Below, piece after piece: positions 19,127 to 27,351 of a stretch of DNA of 64,000 nucleotides. The notes under the pieces were generated by a model, which did no database searches, had not been told where the DNA came from, and saw only the letters and a program-made list of their open reading frames with translations. Numbering within the stretch: position 1 is the first letter of the stretch; every line of letters begins with the position of its first letter. The stretch covers positions 4,800 to 68,799 of IMG/VR virus record IMGVR_UViG_3300035109_000103. One strand, given 5' to 3'. A program made the translations under genes and the position numbers. This stretch comes from a virus. Its lineage: Duplodnaviria; Caudoviricetes.

Positions 19127-19927
19127 TCATTCATCGACGACGGTGTGCCCGCTCTTGATCTTCGAGGCTTGGTCGGCGGGCGAGAGTGCGAAGAATTCGG
19201 CGCGCCGTATCGTCTTCGCGCCATTGCCGCCGTTGCCGGCGCTCTGGCGCGCTCCCGTGCCGCTGGCTCCGGAGCCCTTGAGGATGTGATCCTTCTGCGG
19301 GTAGGAGCCGACGATTGAGGAAAGCGCCTCGTCGAAGTCGGCCAGCTGCCCGGGGCGCGCGGGAGAATAGATCTGCTGCCCCGCGTCATCGTAGGCGATG
19401 ACCTTTCCATCCTCGAGCTTGAAGTTCTTCCCGAATCGGGCCTGAACCAAGTCGGGTGGAATGACGAGCTTGTCCTTGATGAACTGTGAGCGCGCGAAGG
19501 CGCCGCCGATCTTTTCCGCATGTAAGGAGGATTCGAGCTTTTCGCTCTTCGCGCGCTCCTCGGCGATCGTCTGCTCATATGCCTTTTTCGCCTCGGCCAT
19601 CTTGCCCTCGAGGGCTCGCGAAATGCCCTCCTTGACCTTCTCGACCTCGCCGGCGTCGATGAGCTTTTTCGCGTCGATGTTCGCGAGCTTGTCGAGCGCG
19701 TCGCGCGCGGCGGCGGGGTCGATCCCTTCGAACGCTTTCAGCTTCTCGAGCGCGGATTCCTTCGCCTCGCGATGAGTCTTCGCCTCGCCGTTGAGGCGCG
19801 AGATCGTCGCCGCGGTGCCCGGGAGATCGACGGCGGCTTCGGAGCCATCGTCGTTCACATAGACCGGCTTTCCCTCCTTGACCTCCGCATAGGTCACGCC
19901 GTCTTTCTCGATCGTTTTGAGCTTCAT
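19127..19927 (-). CDS. Capsid scaffolding protein
   Basis: GKPVY..DDG...ISRLNGEAK.HRE...FARSQFI..KL...ADFDEAL...ILK.SG.SG.G motifs; between portal and coat. Confidence 0.85.
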   Translation of the reverse strand: MKLKTIEKDGVTYAEVKEGKPVYVNDDGSEAAVDLPGTAATISRLNGEAKTHREAKESALEKLKAFEGIDPAAARDALDKLANIDAKKLIDAGEVEKVKEGISRALEGKMAEAKKAYEQTIAEERAKSEKLESSLHAEKIGGAFARSQFIKDKLVIPPDLVQARFGKNFKLEDGKVIAYDDAGQQIYSPARPGQLADFDEALSSIVGSYPQKDHILKGSGASGTGARQSAGNGGNGAKTIRRAEFFALSPADQASKIKSGHTVVDE

Positions 19928-19938
19928 GTGCTACCTCT

Positions 19939-19952
19939 GGCCCATCCGAGCC
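19939..19952 (-). promoter_or_regulatory. C-GGAU-G loop hairpin immediately 5' of the scaffold RBS
   Basis: GGCTC-GGAT-GGGCC then AGAGGT and ATG 19927. Confidence 0.6.
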
Positions 19953-19955
19953 GTT

Positions 19956-21509
19956 CTATGGCGCATCCGCGCCGGGCGCCGGCGGCGATCCGCTGCTGGC
20001 CGGGATTGCGGGGCCAGGATTGTTTCCGGCCGCCGCATCTGCTTCCGCCGCTGTCGGATCGCCAGGAGCTTCGTCGAGAAGGAGTTGGCGCTCCTTTTCC
20101 GCGTCGAAATTCGAGGAGAGCTTTCCGCGACGCTTGAACTCGCTCCATAGCGTCTCTTGGGAGAGGTCGTTGTTCTTGCGCATCTCGACGAGATCGGCGC
20201 TGCCATCATCAGCGCGAAGATCGAGCGAGTCGTCCGACGACATCTCGACTTCGATCGAGTCCGTCTCGCCTACCCACTTCGCGGTCAAAGCGAGCGCGTT
20301 TTCGAGCGCGTTCTTGAAGTTCAGTTTCAGCGCTTCGATGACGCTGATCGCCTTGTCTCCGGCAAAGGCAGCCGTCACCACCGTGATGTTGCCGCTCTGC
20401 GCCGTGAGAGGCTGGCGCCCGAGCTCCCGGAGCGCTTCTTCCGTTGCCTTCACTTCGTCGGCGAGAAATCGCAGCGACTCGGCGCTTGGCTCGATGAACT
20501 TCCACTCACCGTGGTTGCCATCGGAATCCATCGGCGCGTAGAGGACTGTCTTCGGCCCAACCGGAACCGGCTTCGGATTTCCAGTCGCGTCCTCGGCCGG
20601 CGTCACTCCGTTGCCCGCGAGCATCGGAAAAGCAGTTACCTCGCGCGCATATTTGAGGGCGCTCTCTTGCTGGAAATGCTCGATTTGCAGTTCCGCTGCG
20701 TCTTTCAGAACGGGCTTGAGGCGCCAGGAAGAGCCGATGCGGCGCCCCGCGATGAAAGGGACGATCGGGATAACGCCGATGCTGATCGAGCCGCGGTCGC
20801 GGCGCACCCATGTTTCTTTGTCCTGCCCGTTCTGCGGCTCGATCTCCTCCCAAAGCTCCCATATCGCCGGCGCGGCGGATATCGCGTTGTCGAGGTCATC
20901 GCGCGTGACCTTACGGTCCAGGACACGGACAAACTCGCGCTTCTTCTCTCCCCAGCCGTCGCGCTGAATGGAACATTCCGCGATGCGCGCATGAACGATC
21001 GTCTCTACGCCGCCGATCATTTCGGAATAGACGGCAATCATTTGTTGCGCCGGGATGTGCACCCAATAGGGGCGCGCGCCGAGCGCGGCCTCTTGCGCTA
21101 CCGTGGCGCCCGGCGGAACATTCTTGGTGTAGTCGACGAAAATCCAGTCCAGCGCATAGGCGAGACCGGCATAGAACGACTGCGCCGCGAATTGATGCAG
21201 ATGCGAGCCGTGCCCGTCAATATCCTCGACGAATGACTCGACGCGCGCGCTGGCGCCGGTGATAGTGATCTCTGTTCCGAACGGCTTCGAAGCCAGCGTC
21301 TCGACGATATCGCCGAAGATGTTGGTGAATTTCGCATTGGAAAGACGGAACTTGTAATCTGCGTCGGTCTCGTTCGGGAACTTCGGCAGATAAGCGCTGG
21401 CTTTGCGCATTGCGTCGGCGCCGCCCAAGAGCGCGTCGACCTTGCGCCAGTAGCACTGCATCTCTTCGAAATCCGAAGAGCGAGAGTCCGGTTCTTTGTC
21501 GTCGCTCAA
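19956..21509 (-). CDS. Portal protein (DUF4055-like)
   Basis: YLPKFPNET..DYKFRL..A.F.NIF motif; TTG start overlapping terminase stop (TTGA). Confidence 0.88.
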   Translation of the reverse strand: MSDDKEPDSRSSDFEEMQCYWRKVDALLGGADAMRKASAYLPKFPNETDADYKFRLSNAKFTNIFGDIVETLASKPFGTEITITGASARVESFVEDIDGHGSHLHQFAAQSFYAGLAYALDWIFVDYTKNVPPGATVAQEAALGARPYWVHIPAQQMIAVYSEMIGGVETIVHARIAECSIQRDGWGEKKREFVRVLDRKVTRDDLDNAISAAPAIWELWEEIEPQNGQDKETWVRRDRGSISIGVIPIVPFIAGRRIGSSWRLKPVLKDAAELQIEHFQQESALKYAREVTAFPMLAGNGVTPAEDATGNPKPVPVGPKTVLYAPMDSDGNHGEWKFIEPSAESLRFLADEVKATEEALRELGRQPLTAQSGNITVVTAAFAGDKAISVIEALKLNFKNALENALALTAKWVGETDSIEVEMSSDDSLDLRADDGSADLVEMRKNNDLSQETLWSEFKRRGKLSSNFDAEKERQLLLDEAPGDPTAAEADAAAGNNPGPAIPASSGSPPAPGADAP

Positions 21510-23041
21510 CCTTGACTCCCGTATGTTCCGAACACGGCAGGGGGCCCCTTTGCCGGCTTCACCAAGCGCCCGAATGCCCCCGACGAAGCGTCGACCTGAT
21601 CCTTGAACGAGCCGCCTGGAAACAGGCATAGCTCGTCGAGATAATCGTCGTTCCAGGCGCCGCGGACGAGATAGACGTTCCCGGCTTCGCACTGCGCCGA
21701 GAACGGCGTGGCGCGCGTCTCCTTGTCGCCGGTCTCTGGCTCGGCCCGAACATCCCAGCCGGCGAGCTGCGCAACGAAATCCGACTTCTGGACCTTGCCG
21801 GCTTGGCCAGGATCCTGCGGCAAGCTGATCATCACGCCCTTTCCGTCGATTTCCGCCGTCGCCTTGATGAGCTTGCGTACGGCATTCCCTTCGTCTTGCG
21901 TCATGGCGACATGGCCGACGACATAGCGGCCGTCAGGAGTTTTCCCCAGCTTCACGCCGGCGGTGCGCGCCGACGTCTTCTTCTTCGTTGCCGCAAGGTC
22001 CCAATGTCGGACCCAGACGGTTCGCTCCGGCGCCGCGCCGATGATCTTTCCATCGAACCATGCGCGCTTGAACAACCCGCCTTCGCGTGGGGTCGGCCGC
22101 TGCTGATACTGCCCAGCATAGGAATAGGACCCCATCTCGCGTTGGAGCTTCTCGACTTCCTCACGAGGGAAACGGACCGGATCGAGGAGGTCGCCATCAT
22201 TCGTGCGCGGGTCCTCGAACCCGATGCAGGTCCGGCACCGCCTCTCTTTCTCGAACTCCATCGGCAGGCAAAGATGGACATATTCCATCCCGAGCTTCAG
22301 AATCGTGCCGGAGATGTCATCGGAATGCAGGCGCTGCATCACGACGACGATCGCCGAGCGCTTCTGATCGTTGAGGCGATTGAGCGCGCCCTCACGAAAT
22401 TTGCGCGTCGTCGCTGTCCGTTCGGCATCGCTTTCGACTTTGGTCGTCGAATGCGGATCGTCGATGATCAGACGATCACCGCGCTGCGATGTCAGCGAAC
22501 CGAAGGCGACGCCCTCGCGCGTTCCGGTGCTCGAATTCGCGAACGACATTTCGCCGGCGCGAACGAGATCGACCTCGGGCCAGAGACTGCGATACCACTC
22601 CGACAGGATCAGATCACGGCACTTGCGCGAGTCGCGTTTGACCGGGACGTCGTTATGAGCGGTGGTCAGGAAGCGCATCGAGCGCTTCCCGATCGGGCCC
22701 CATTCCCAGGCCTGCCATAACACCGAAACGATCAGCGATTTCGACGAGCCCGGCGGAACGTTTGTAAGCAGACGCGTGATCTGCCCGAATGTGATCGCCT
22801 CTAAATGCTCACAGATCGCGTCGAGGTGCCAGTTCCAGACCAGCGGTGTGTTCGGCTCGAGGATCGGCCATGCCTCGCGGACGAAGCCGGCGAGCGATTG
22901 ACACCGCGCCCGGATCGCGTCAGCGTTGCGCGCTATCCTTTCCCTTTCTCTTTGCGCCTCCCTACGCGCTCTCTCCGCCCGGATCGCTTCCAGGCTGGGC
23001 AATCTTGGCGCGGAGCTTTTCGAGCAAGTCGAGCTCTTCAT
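21506..23041 (-). CDS. terL: Terminase large subunit
   Basis: Walker A-like NVPPGSSKS, Walker B LIIDDP, VMQRLH, YAGQYQQRP, C-terminal FP.G..KDQVD nuclease motif; possible TTG start at 23002. Confidence 0.93.
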   Translation of the reverse strand: MKSSTCSKSSAPRLPSLEAIRAERARREAQRERERIARNADAIRARCQSLAGFVREAWPILEPNTPLVWNWHLDAICEHLEAITFGQITRLLTNVPPGSSKSLIVSVLWQAWEWGPIGKRSMRFLTTAHNDVPVKRDSRKCRDLILSEWYRSLWPEVDLVRAGEMSFANSSTGTREGVAFGSLTSQRGDRLIIDDPHSTTKVESDAERTATTRKFREGALNRLNDQKRSAIVVVMQRLHSDDISGTILKLGMEYVHLCLPMEFEKERRCRTCIGFEDPRTNDGDLLDPVRFPREEVEKLQREMGSYSYAGQYQQRPTPREGGLFKRAWFDGKIIGAAPERTVWVRHWDLAATKKKTSARTAGVKLGKTPDGRYVVGHVAMTQDEGNAVRKLIKATAEIDGKGVMISLPQDPGQAGKVQKSDFVAQLAGWDVRAEPETGDKETRATPFSAQCEAGNVYLVRGAWNDDYLDELCLFPGGSFKDQVDASSGAFGRLVKPAKGPPAVFGTYGSQG

Positions 23042-23420
23042 CGCTCAGCGCCGACAAATCGCAATATTCAATCGGGCCGCCGTTCTTGCCGCCGTGTTCA
23101 TGAATGGTGGTCTCTTTCCACCCAGCGCGCACCTTCAGCCAGAAGATCGCGGCGGTGACCGACGGGCCGGTGATCCCTTTCGATGTCGCCTTGGCGAAGA
23201 GGCTCTGCGCGACCATAGCGTTCGCCTTGATCGCGGCAGTCTCGAGTTCCAGGCCGTAATGCTTTCGCAGCGTCTTCGGATCGATTCCGATAACCGTTCC
23301 GATTTCGATGTGCGGAATTCCATAGGACGCCAGCGCTTCGACCATTTTGCGAGACTTGGCGTCAGGCGTATGCCTTGGACGACCTGGCTTTCTAGGTCGT
23401 CGTGGTTTGCGTGCAGCCAT
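22962..23420 (-). CDS. terS: Terminase small subunit
   Basis: GRPRHTP...GIPHIEIG..IGID.KTLRKHY..EL...AAIFWLK.RAGWKE motif. Confidence 0.88.
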   Translation of the reverse strand: MAARKPRRPRKPGRPRHTPDAKSRKMVEALASYGIPHIEIGTVIGIDPKTLRKHYGLELETAAIKANAMVAQSLFAKATSKGITGPSVTAAIFWLKVRAGWKETTIHEHGGKNGGPIEYCDLSALSDEELDLLEKLRAKIAQPGSDPGGESA

Positions 23421-23518
23421 CGATGAGTTTCTTTTGATGTCGCATTAGACCGGAGTTGCTCCTGCATTCGTTCTGCGCTGTCCTGCGTTCATCAGAACTT
23501 CAGCAAAGGAGAGCAGCT

Positions 23519-24187
23519 ATGAATGCCAACGACCTTTCCAAGCCTTTCACCGATCGCTCGAACTGCCGCCGCGCCGCTAAGCGTGAATGCGGCGACGCTT
23601 TCGAGATCGAACGCGTCGAAGGCGGCTTCGCGTTTCGTCGGCCGCCTGAGACTCGTTTCCCCGGCGCCGCGAAGGCGATCGCAGAAGAGACCCCCGGCCT
23701 GAAGCGCCTCCGCGCATCTTCCGTCGCGATCGCCCTTCGCGTATCCGCGATCGCCGATCAGACAAAGGAAATGACGCGCCAAGCCGAGAAGATGGCCTCC
23801 GTCAATATTGAAAACCTCACCCCCGCTTCACATCCGATTGCGGCGGCGAACGCGGAGAGCTGGCCGAAAGGCAAAGCGACAGCCAAGGCGGCGAACCTTG
23901 CCAAAATCGACAAGCCCGCAACGGCGAAGGAACTCGGCAAGCGCGCGGCCATTCTCGCAGCCGCGCAGGCCGGCGCGCTTCCGACGCCGCCCGATTTCAG
24001 CGCGGCGACGCACGCCCGGTTTCGTGGGAAGCTCGCCGAACTGACGAAGCTCGCGGAGGCCGGCGATATCGAAGGCCTCAAGGCTTACGCCATCAAGCCG
24101 GTTTCGAGCAGCCCCAAGGCGCTCGATCGATATCGGAATCTCTGCGTCCTCGCGCTCGAGGCGCGCATGACGGCAGCGGCCGCCTAA
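23519..24187 (+). CDS. Hypothetical Ala/Lys-rich protein, antisense moron (222 aa)
   Basis: AAAGGAG RBS before ATG 23519; helical C-terminal domain PTPPDFSAATHARFR.KL...KALDRYRNLCVLALEAR. Confidence 0.8.
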   Translation: MNANDLSKPFTDRSNCRRAAKRECGDAFEIERVEGGFAFRRPPETRFPGAAKAIAEETPGLKRLRASSVAIALRVSAIADQTKEMTRQAEKMASVNIENLTPASHPIAAANAESWPKGKATAKAANLAKIDKPATAKELGKRAAILAAAQAGALPTPPDFSAATHARFRGKLAELTKLAEAGDIEGLKAYAIKPVSSSPKALDRYRNLCVLALEARMTAAAA

Positions 24188-24900
24188 TCGATGGTTGCCG
24201 GCGAGGTCACATTCCAGAACAGCACGAGCCCGGCCCCGCGCCGGGCTTTGCATATCTCCCACGCCTTGGCGTCGTAATGCGGGTCGCTCGGGAATGGCAC
24301 AGCGGCCTTGCTGGCCTTCTCGAATTTCTGCTGGGCCACATGAATGGTCGCGCCGGCGACGTCATTGGCCTCGAGCTTCTTTCCCACTTGCACGACATGC
24401 CGGCGAGCGTTCGGCCATGCGGCGGCGAGGCCGCGGGCGAGCGTTCCAGATCCTGCGGCGCACCAGACCTCATCCGGCTGCACGCCCGAGGCGCGCGCGG
24501 CCGCGGCGATCGTCTGAATCGTCTCCGGGAGATCGACACCGAATGGAGCCAGCAGTGAACCTGTCTTCTCGGCATAGGCGCGGGCTCGCGCCGAGACGAC
24601 GCTCAGATAACCGGGGCTCACCTGATAGACCTTCGCCCCGTGGCGCTTCGCCATCAGCGCCCTGGCGTGCGGCTGGGCGCGCTTGGCGACGAAGATCGTC
24701 GCACGCTTGCCGAGGCGCCGCGCCGTGATTGCGAGCGCCGTTTGCGCCGCGCCTTCGGCCGGGCTCGCGTAGACGATCTCATCCGCGTCGTGAAAGAGCG
24801 CCGGCAGATAGCGCGCCTTCGTGCCGCCCGAGAACAGATCGTCGCGGACGACGGCAATCCCCTCGTGCTCGCGAATGATTGGCCGTTCACTGGCATTCAT
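24184..24900 (-). CDS. PLP-dependent fold-type II enzyme (TrpB / cysteine synthase / ACC-deaminase superfamily), compact
   Basis: VVRDDLFSGGTK (Schiff-base Lys28), GAAQTALA, MAKRHGAKV, phosphate loop CAAGSGTLARGL, DPHYDAKAW, LFWNV. Confidence 0.8.
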   Translation of the reverse strand: MNASERPIIREHEGIAVVRDDLFSGGTKARYLPALFHDADEIVYASPAEGAAQTALAITARRLGKRATIFVAKRAQPHARALMAKRHGAKVYQVSPGYLSVVSARARAYAEKTGSLLAPFGVDLPETIQTIAAAARASGVQPDEVWCAAGSGTLARGLAAAWPNARRHVVQVGKKLEANDVAGATIHVAQQKFEKASKAAVPFPSDPHYDAKAWEICKARRGAGLVLFWNVTSPATID

Positions 24901-24919
24901 TGGCGTTCACTACCATTCA

Positions 24920-25810
24920 TTAGAGCAGCTCGCCGAACTCGTCGGCGGCGGAGGCATGCGGCGTCTCGCCGCCGACTCCTCCTTCGCCGAATGCAACTTC
25001 CCCAACGGCCTCGGTCGCCTTGCGCGGGTCGCCCTTGCAGAAGACCAGGACATTTTGGTGAGTCTTGCCGAGCTTCCGTGTCGCGGCGAATTGCTTGCCG
25101 GCGCGGATCGGAAGGGAGCCGATCGCGGTGACCAGAACGGCTTCATTGTAGAGACCGGCGCCGGCGGCGCGAAAGGCGCGGATCGTCTCGCCCGGAAAAT
25201 CCCGATAGAAGCCGTCCGGCCCGCGGAAATCGCCGACGACGAAGCAGGCGAACCGATCCGGCTTGAGAAGCCGAACCGACGACGCGATGATATCGCGATA
25301 GGCCTCGCAAAAGGCCTCATGTTTCATCGTCGACAGGTCGGCCGCGAGGTCCGAATAGACCTCGAGGTCGCCATAGGGCGGGCATGAGAACACGAAGTCC
25401 GCTTCGACCTCGAGGCCCGGGAGGACCGCTCGGCTATCGCCGGCGATCCACTCCGGAGTCGGAAAGCCATTGCAGATCACCGCGGCCTGCGCGCGATTGG
25501 CGATGAGCTGCTCCGGCCTGAGATCGACGCCGATATATCGCCGGCCGAGCCGGCTGGCGACAATGCCGCGCACCGAGCCCCCGGCGAAGGGATCGAGCAC
25601 GAGGCCGCCCGGCGGGCAGAACCAGCGATAGGCGAGCTCGCACAGGACAGGATCGAAAATCGATGTCCCGGTGATCGTGCGCCCGGCGCCGTCGAAGTTC
25701 TCGATCTCGCCAAAGACGAGACCCGCGGGGAGCGATGATCTCTTCTCTCCGACCTCATGCTCCCCGCGCGTCAGTTCCGGGGCGAAGCATCTGGCTTTTC
25801 CCTTCGCCAT
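24920..25810 (-). CDS. SAM-dependent DNA amino-methyltransferase-fold protein
   Basis: GTSIFDPVLCE, motif I VLDPFAGGSVRG, motif IV-like FSCPPYGDLEVYS, HQNVLVF.KG. Confidence 0.85.
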   Translation of the reverse strand: MAKGKARCFAPELTRGEHEVGEKRSSLPAGLVFGEIENFDGAGRTITGTSIFDPVLCELAYRWFCPPGGLVLDPFAGGSVRGIVASRLGRRYIGVDLRPEQLIANRAQAAVICNGFPTPEWIAGDSRAVLPGLEVEADFVFSCPPYGDLEVYSDLAADLSTMKHEAFCEAYRDIIASSVRLLKPDRFACFVVGDFRGPDGFYRDFPGETIRAFRAAGAGLYNEAVLVTAIGSLPIRAGKQFAATRKLGKTHQNVLVFCKGDPRKATEAVGEVAFGEGGVGGETPHASAADEFGELL

Positions 25811-26577
25811 CAGTCCTCGCTCTTTCTGTCACGGAGCTTGGCGCGATTTGCCGCCATCTTCTCGTTCATCGCTTTCCACCCGCCACCGCCGCCGCCGGCG
25901 GGCTCAGCATTGGGCTTGCGTCTGCCGCGCGATTGCTTGGGCGCCATGAATTCGTTGGCTGTATCCGACATCCTGAGCAAGTTCTCGCCGCGCCCGACCT
26001 CGCTTTCGATGCCGAGCGCCAACCAGGCGCGCTTTCGATCCTGCCACCATCCCTCCCGCGCCGTCAGCACGGAGAACGGCGGAATTCCGAAGCGCTCGAT
26101 CAAATTGCCGAGCCGCGGCGGCGCGCGCTCGGGCGTCGCGCCGATCGCGTCGCCGTCCCCTCCGATCCCGAAAGGCAGGGCGACGATCTCGTCGAGCGAG
26201 AAGCCGGTCAGCGCAATATCGAAGTCGAGCTCCTGCAGCGCGCCGATCTCGGCGGCGAGGATATCGAAGTCCCAGCCCGCGTTCAGCGCGAGCTTATTAT
26301 CCGCGATGACATAAGCGCGGACTTTCTCCGGCGACCAATCCGCCCCGACGACGAGAGTCGGGACCTCTGTCATTCCGAGCGACTGCGCGGCCTGGAGACG
26401 TCCATGCCCGGCCCTGATCTCTCCATCACGGGAAATCAGGATCGGCGCCGTGAAGCCGAACTCGCGAATGGCCGCGGCGAGCTGCTCGACCTGCTCCTTG
26501 CTATGAGTCCGGGCATTTCTGGGGAAAGGCTTGAGAAGCGCGACCGCGCGCATCTCCACTGCATTGATCTTCGGCAT
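25810..26577 (-). CDS. ParB/Srx-like N-terminal domain protein (N-terminal partner of the MTase)
   Basis: RNARTHS..Q...IREFGFT.PILI....AGHGRL.AA...ADNK; then PPFSVL..R.GWWQDRKRAW; TGATG coupling to MTase. Confidence 0.88.
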   Translation of the reverse strand: MPKINAVEMRAVALLKPFPRNARTHSKEQVEQLAAAIREFGFTAPILISRDGEIRAGHGRLQAAQSLGMTEVPTLVVGADWSPEKVRAYVIADNKLALNAGWDFDILAAEIGALQELDFDIALTGFSLDEIVALPFGIGGDGDAIGATPERAPPRLGNLIERFGIPPFSVLTAREGWWQDRKRAWLALGIESEVGRGENLLRMSDTANEFMAPKQSRGRRKPNAEPAGGGGGGWKAMNEKMAANRAKLRDRKSED

Positions 26578-26589
26578 GGCGCAAGACAC

Positions 26590-26788
26590 CCTTGCCCCGC
26601 CGCAGCGCGCGGTGCGGGGTGGCCGGAATCGGCCGGTTCTTGGTCATGCGAGGTCAGCTCTCGCGGCGGGGAGCGCTGGAACGCTCCTCGCCCCCGCTTT
26701 CTCCGGTTCGGAGATCATGGGGGCGTCACGAGGCCTTGGGAGGCCGTGTTCGATGGAGCCGCCGGCGCTGTGGCGTCGGCGGTTTTAT
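26590..26788 (+). ncRNA. Candidate antisense sRNA in late-operon leader
   Basis: Hairpins at 26594-26620, 26665-26692, 26701-26713 and 26758-26783; G.U pairs in three of them form only on the plus strand; the last is followed by TTTAT. Confidence 0.35.
26758..26788 (+). terminator. Intrinsic terminator-like hairpin, plus strand
   Basis: GCCGCCGGCGC-TGTG-GCGTCGGCGGT followed by TTTAT. Confidence 0.55.
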
Positions 26789-26882
26789 GAGGGGGAAATT
26801 CGACTTTCGTTCTTGGACCAGCTGGACGCTCGCGCCGACGGTGATCGGAGCGCCAGACTGCTTCGGCAGCATCCTTGTAATT

Positions 26883-26920
26883 GTCTCACAACAGTCTCAC
26901 AACAGTCTCACAACAGTCTC
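26883..26920 (+). repeat. 11-bp tandem repeat GTCTCACAACA x3 plus partial copy
   Basis: Perfect units at 26883, 26894 and 26905; partial at 26916. Confidence 0.95.
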
Positions 26921-26931
26921 ATAATGATCTC

Positions 26932-27351
26932 ATGGCTATCAAATTCGCGCCTGACCGAGCGAAAGGCACCACATGTTCATCCGATGCGTCTGCCACGCCT
27001 GCGGATACGATGTCTTCTCCCAAACATTCCCGCATTTCGGACGCTAGGACAGAGCTCATGCCCGAGCATTCCGCGTCGACGGGGTCTGCTCAGAGCGCGA
27101 ACGAGCCGAGAAGACGCGGGAGGCCGAGGCTGGAAAGGCGGGGCCAGTCGCTTACAGCATTGAACATGCCCGAGCATTCCGCGTCGACGGGGTCTGCTCA
27201 GAGTGCGAACGAGCCGAGAAGACGCGGGAGGCCGAAGCTGGAAAGGCGGGGCCAGTCGCTTACAGCAATGAAACCGTGGGAATCAGCGGGGATGAGTCGG
27301 GCGACTTGGTATAGGAGACAGGCCGAGGAAGCCGCGAAGGGCGCGCAATAG
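26932..27351 (+). CDS. Small DNA-binding protein with C-terminal HTH-like motif (KPWESAGMSRATWYRRQ)
   Basis: RRGRPRLE AT-hook-like segments and PW.A.GMSRATWYRR motif; contains internal 36-aa duplication; start uncertain. Confidence 0.55.
   Translation: MAIKFAPDRAKGTTCSSDASATPADTMSSPKHSRISDARTELMPEHSASTGSAQSANEPRRRGRPRLERRGQSLTALNMPEHSASTGSAQSANEPRRRGRPKLERRGQSLTAMKPWESAGMSRATWYRRQAEEAAKGAQ
27057..27267 (+). repeat. Tandem duplication, 103-bp copies with 108-bp period
   Basis: Copies 27057-27159 and 27165-27267 differ at two positions. Confidence 0.95.

Noticed and set aside
23460-23510. LexA (SOS) box upstream of the 23519 moron
   Set aside because: GTTC half-sites are present but not at the GTTC-N7-GTTC spacing.
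24184-24900. ACC deaminase or cysteine synthase as an auxiliary metabolic gene
   Set aside because: The protein is much shorter than those enzymes and sits with MTase/ParB genes; only superfamily-level motifs are supported.
26883-27267. Repeats as a CRISPR array
   Set aside because: Units are contiguous or separated by only 5 nt, with no unique spacers and no cas genes.
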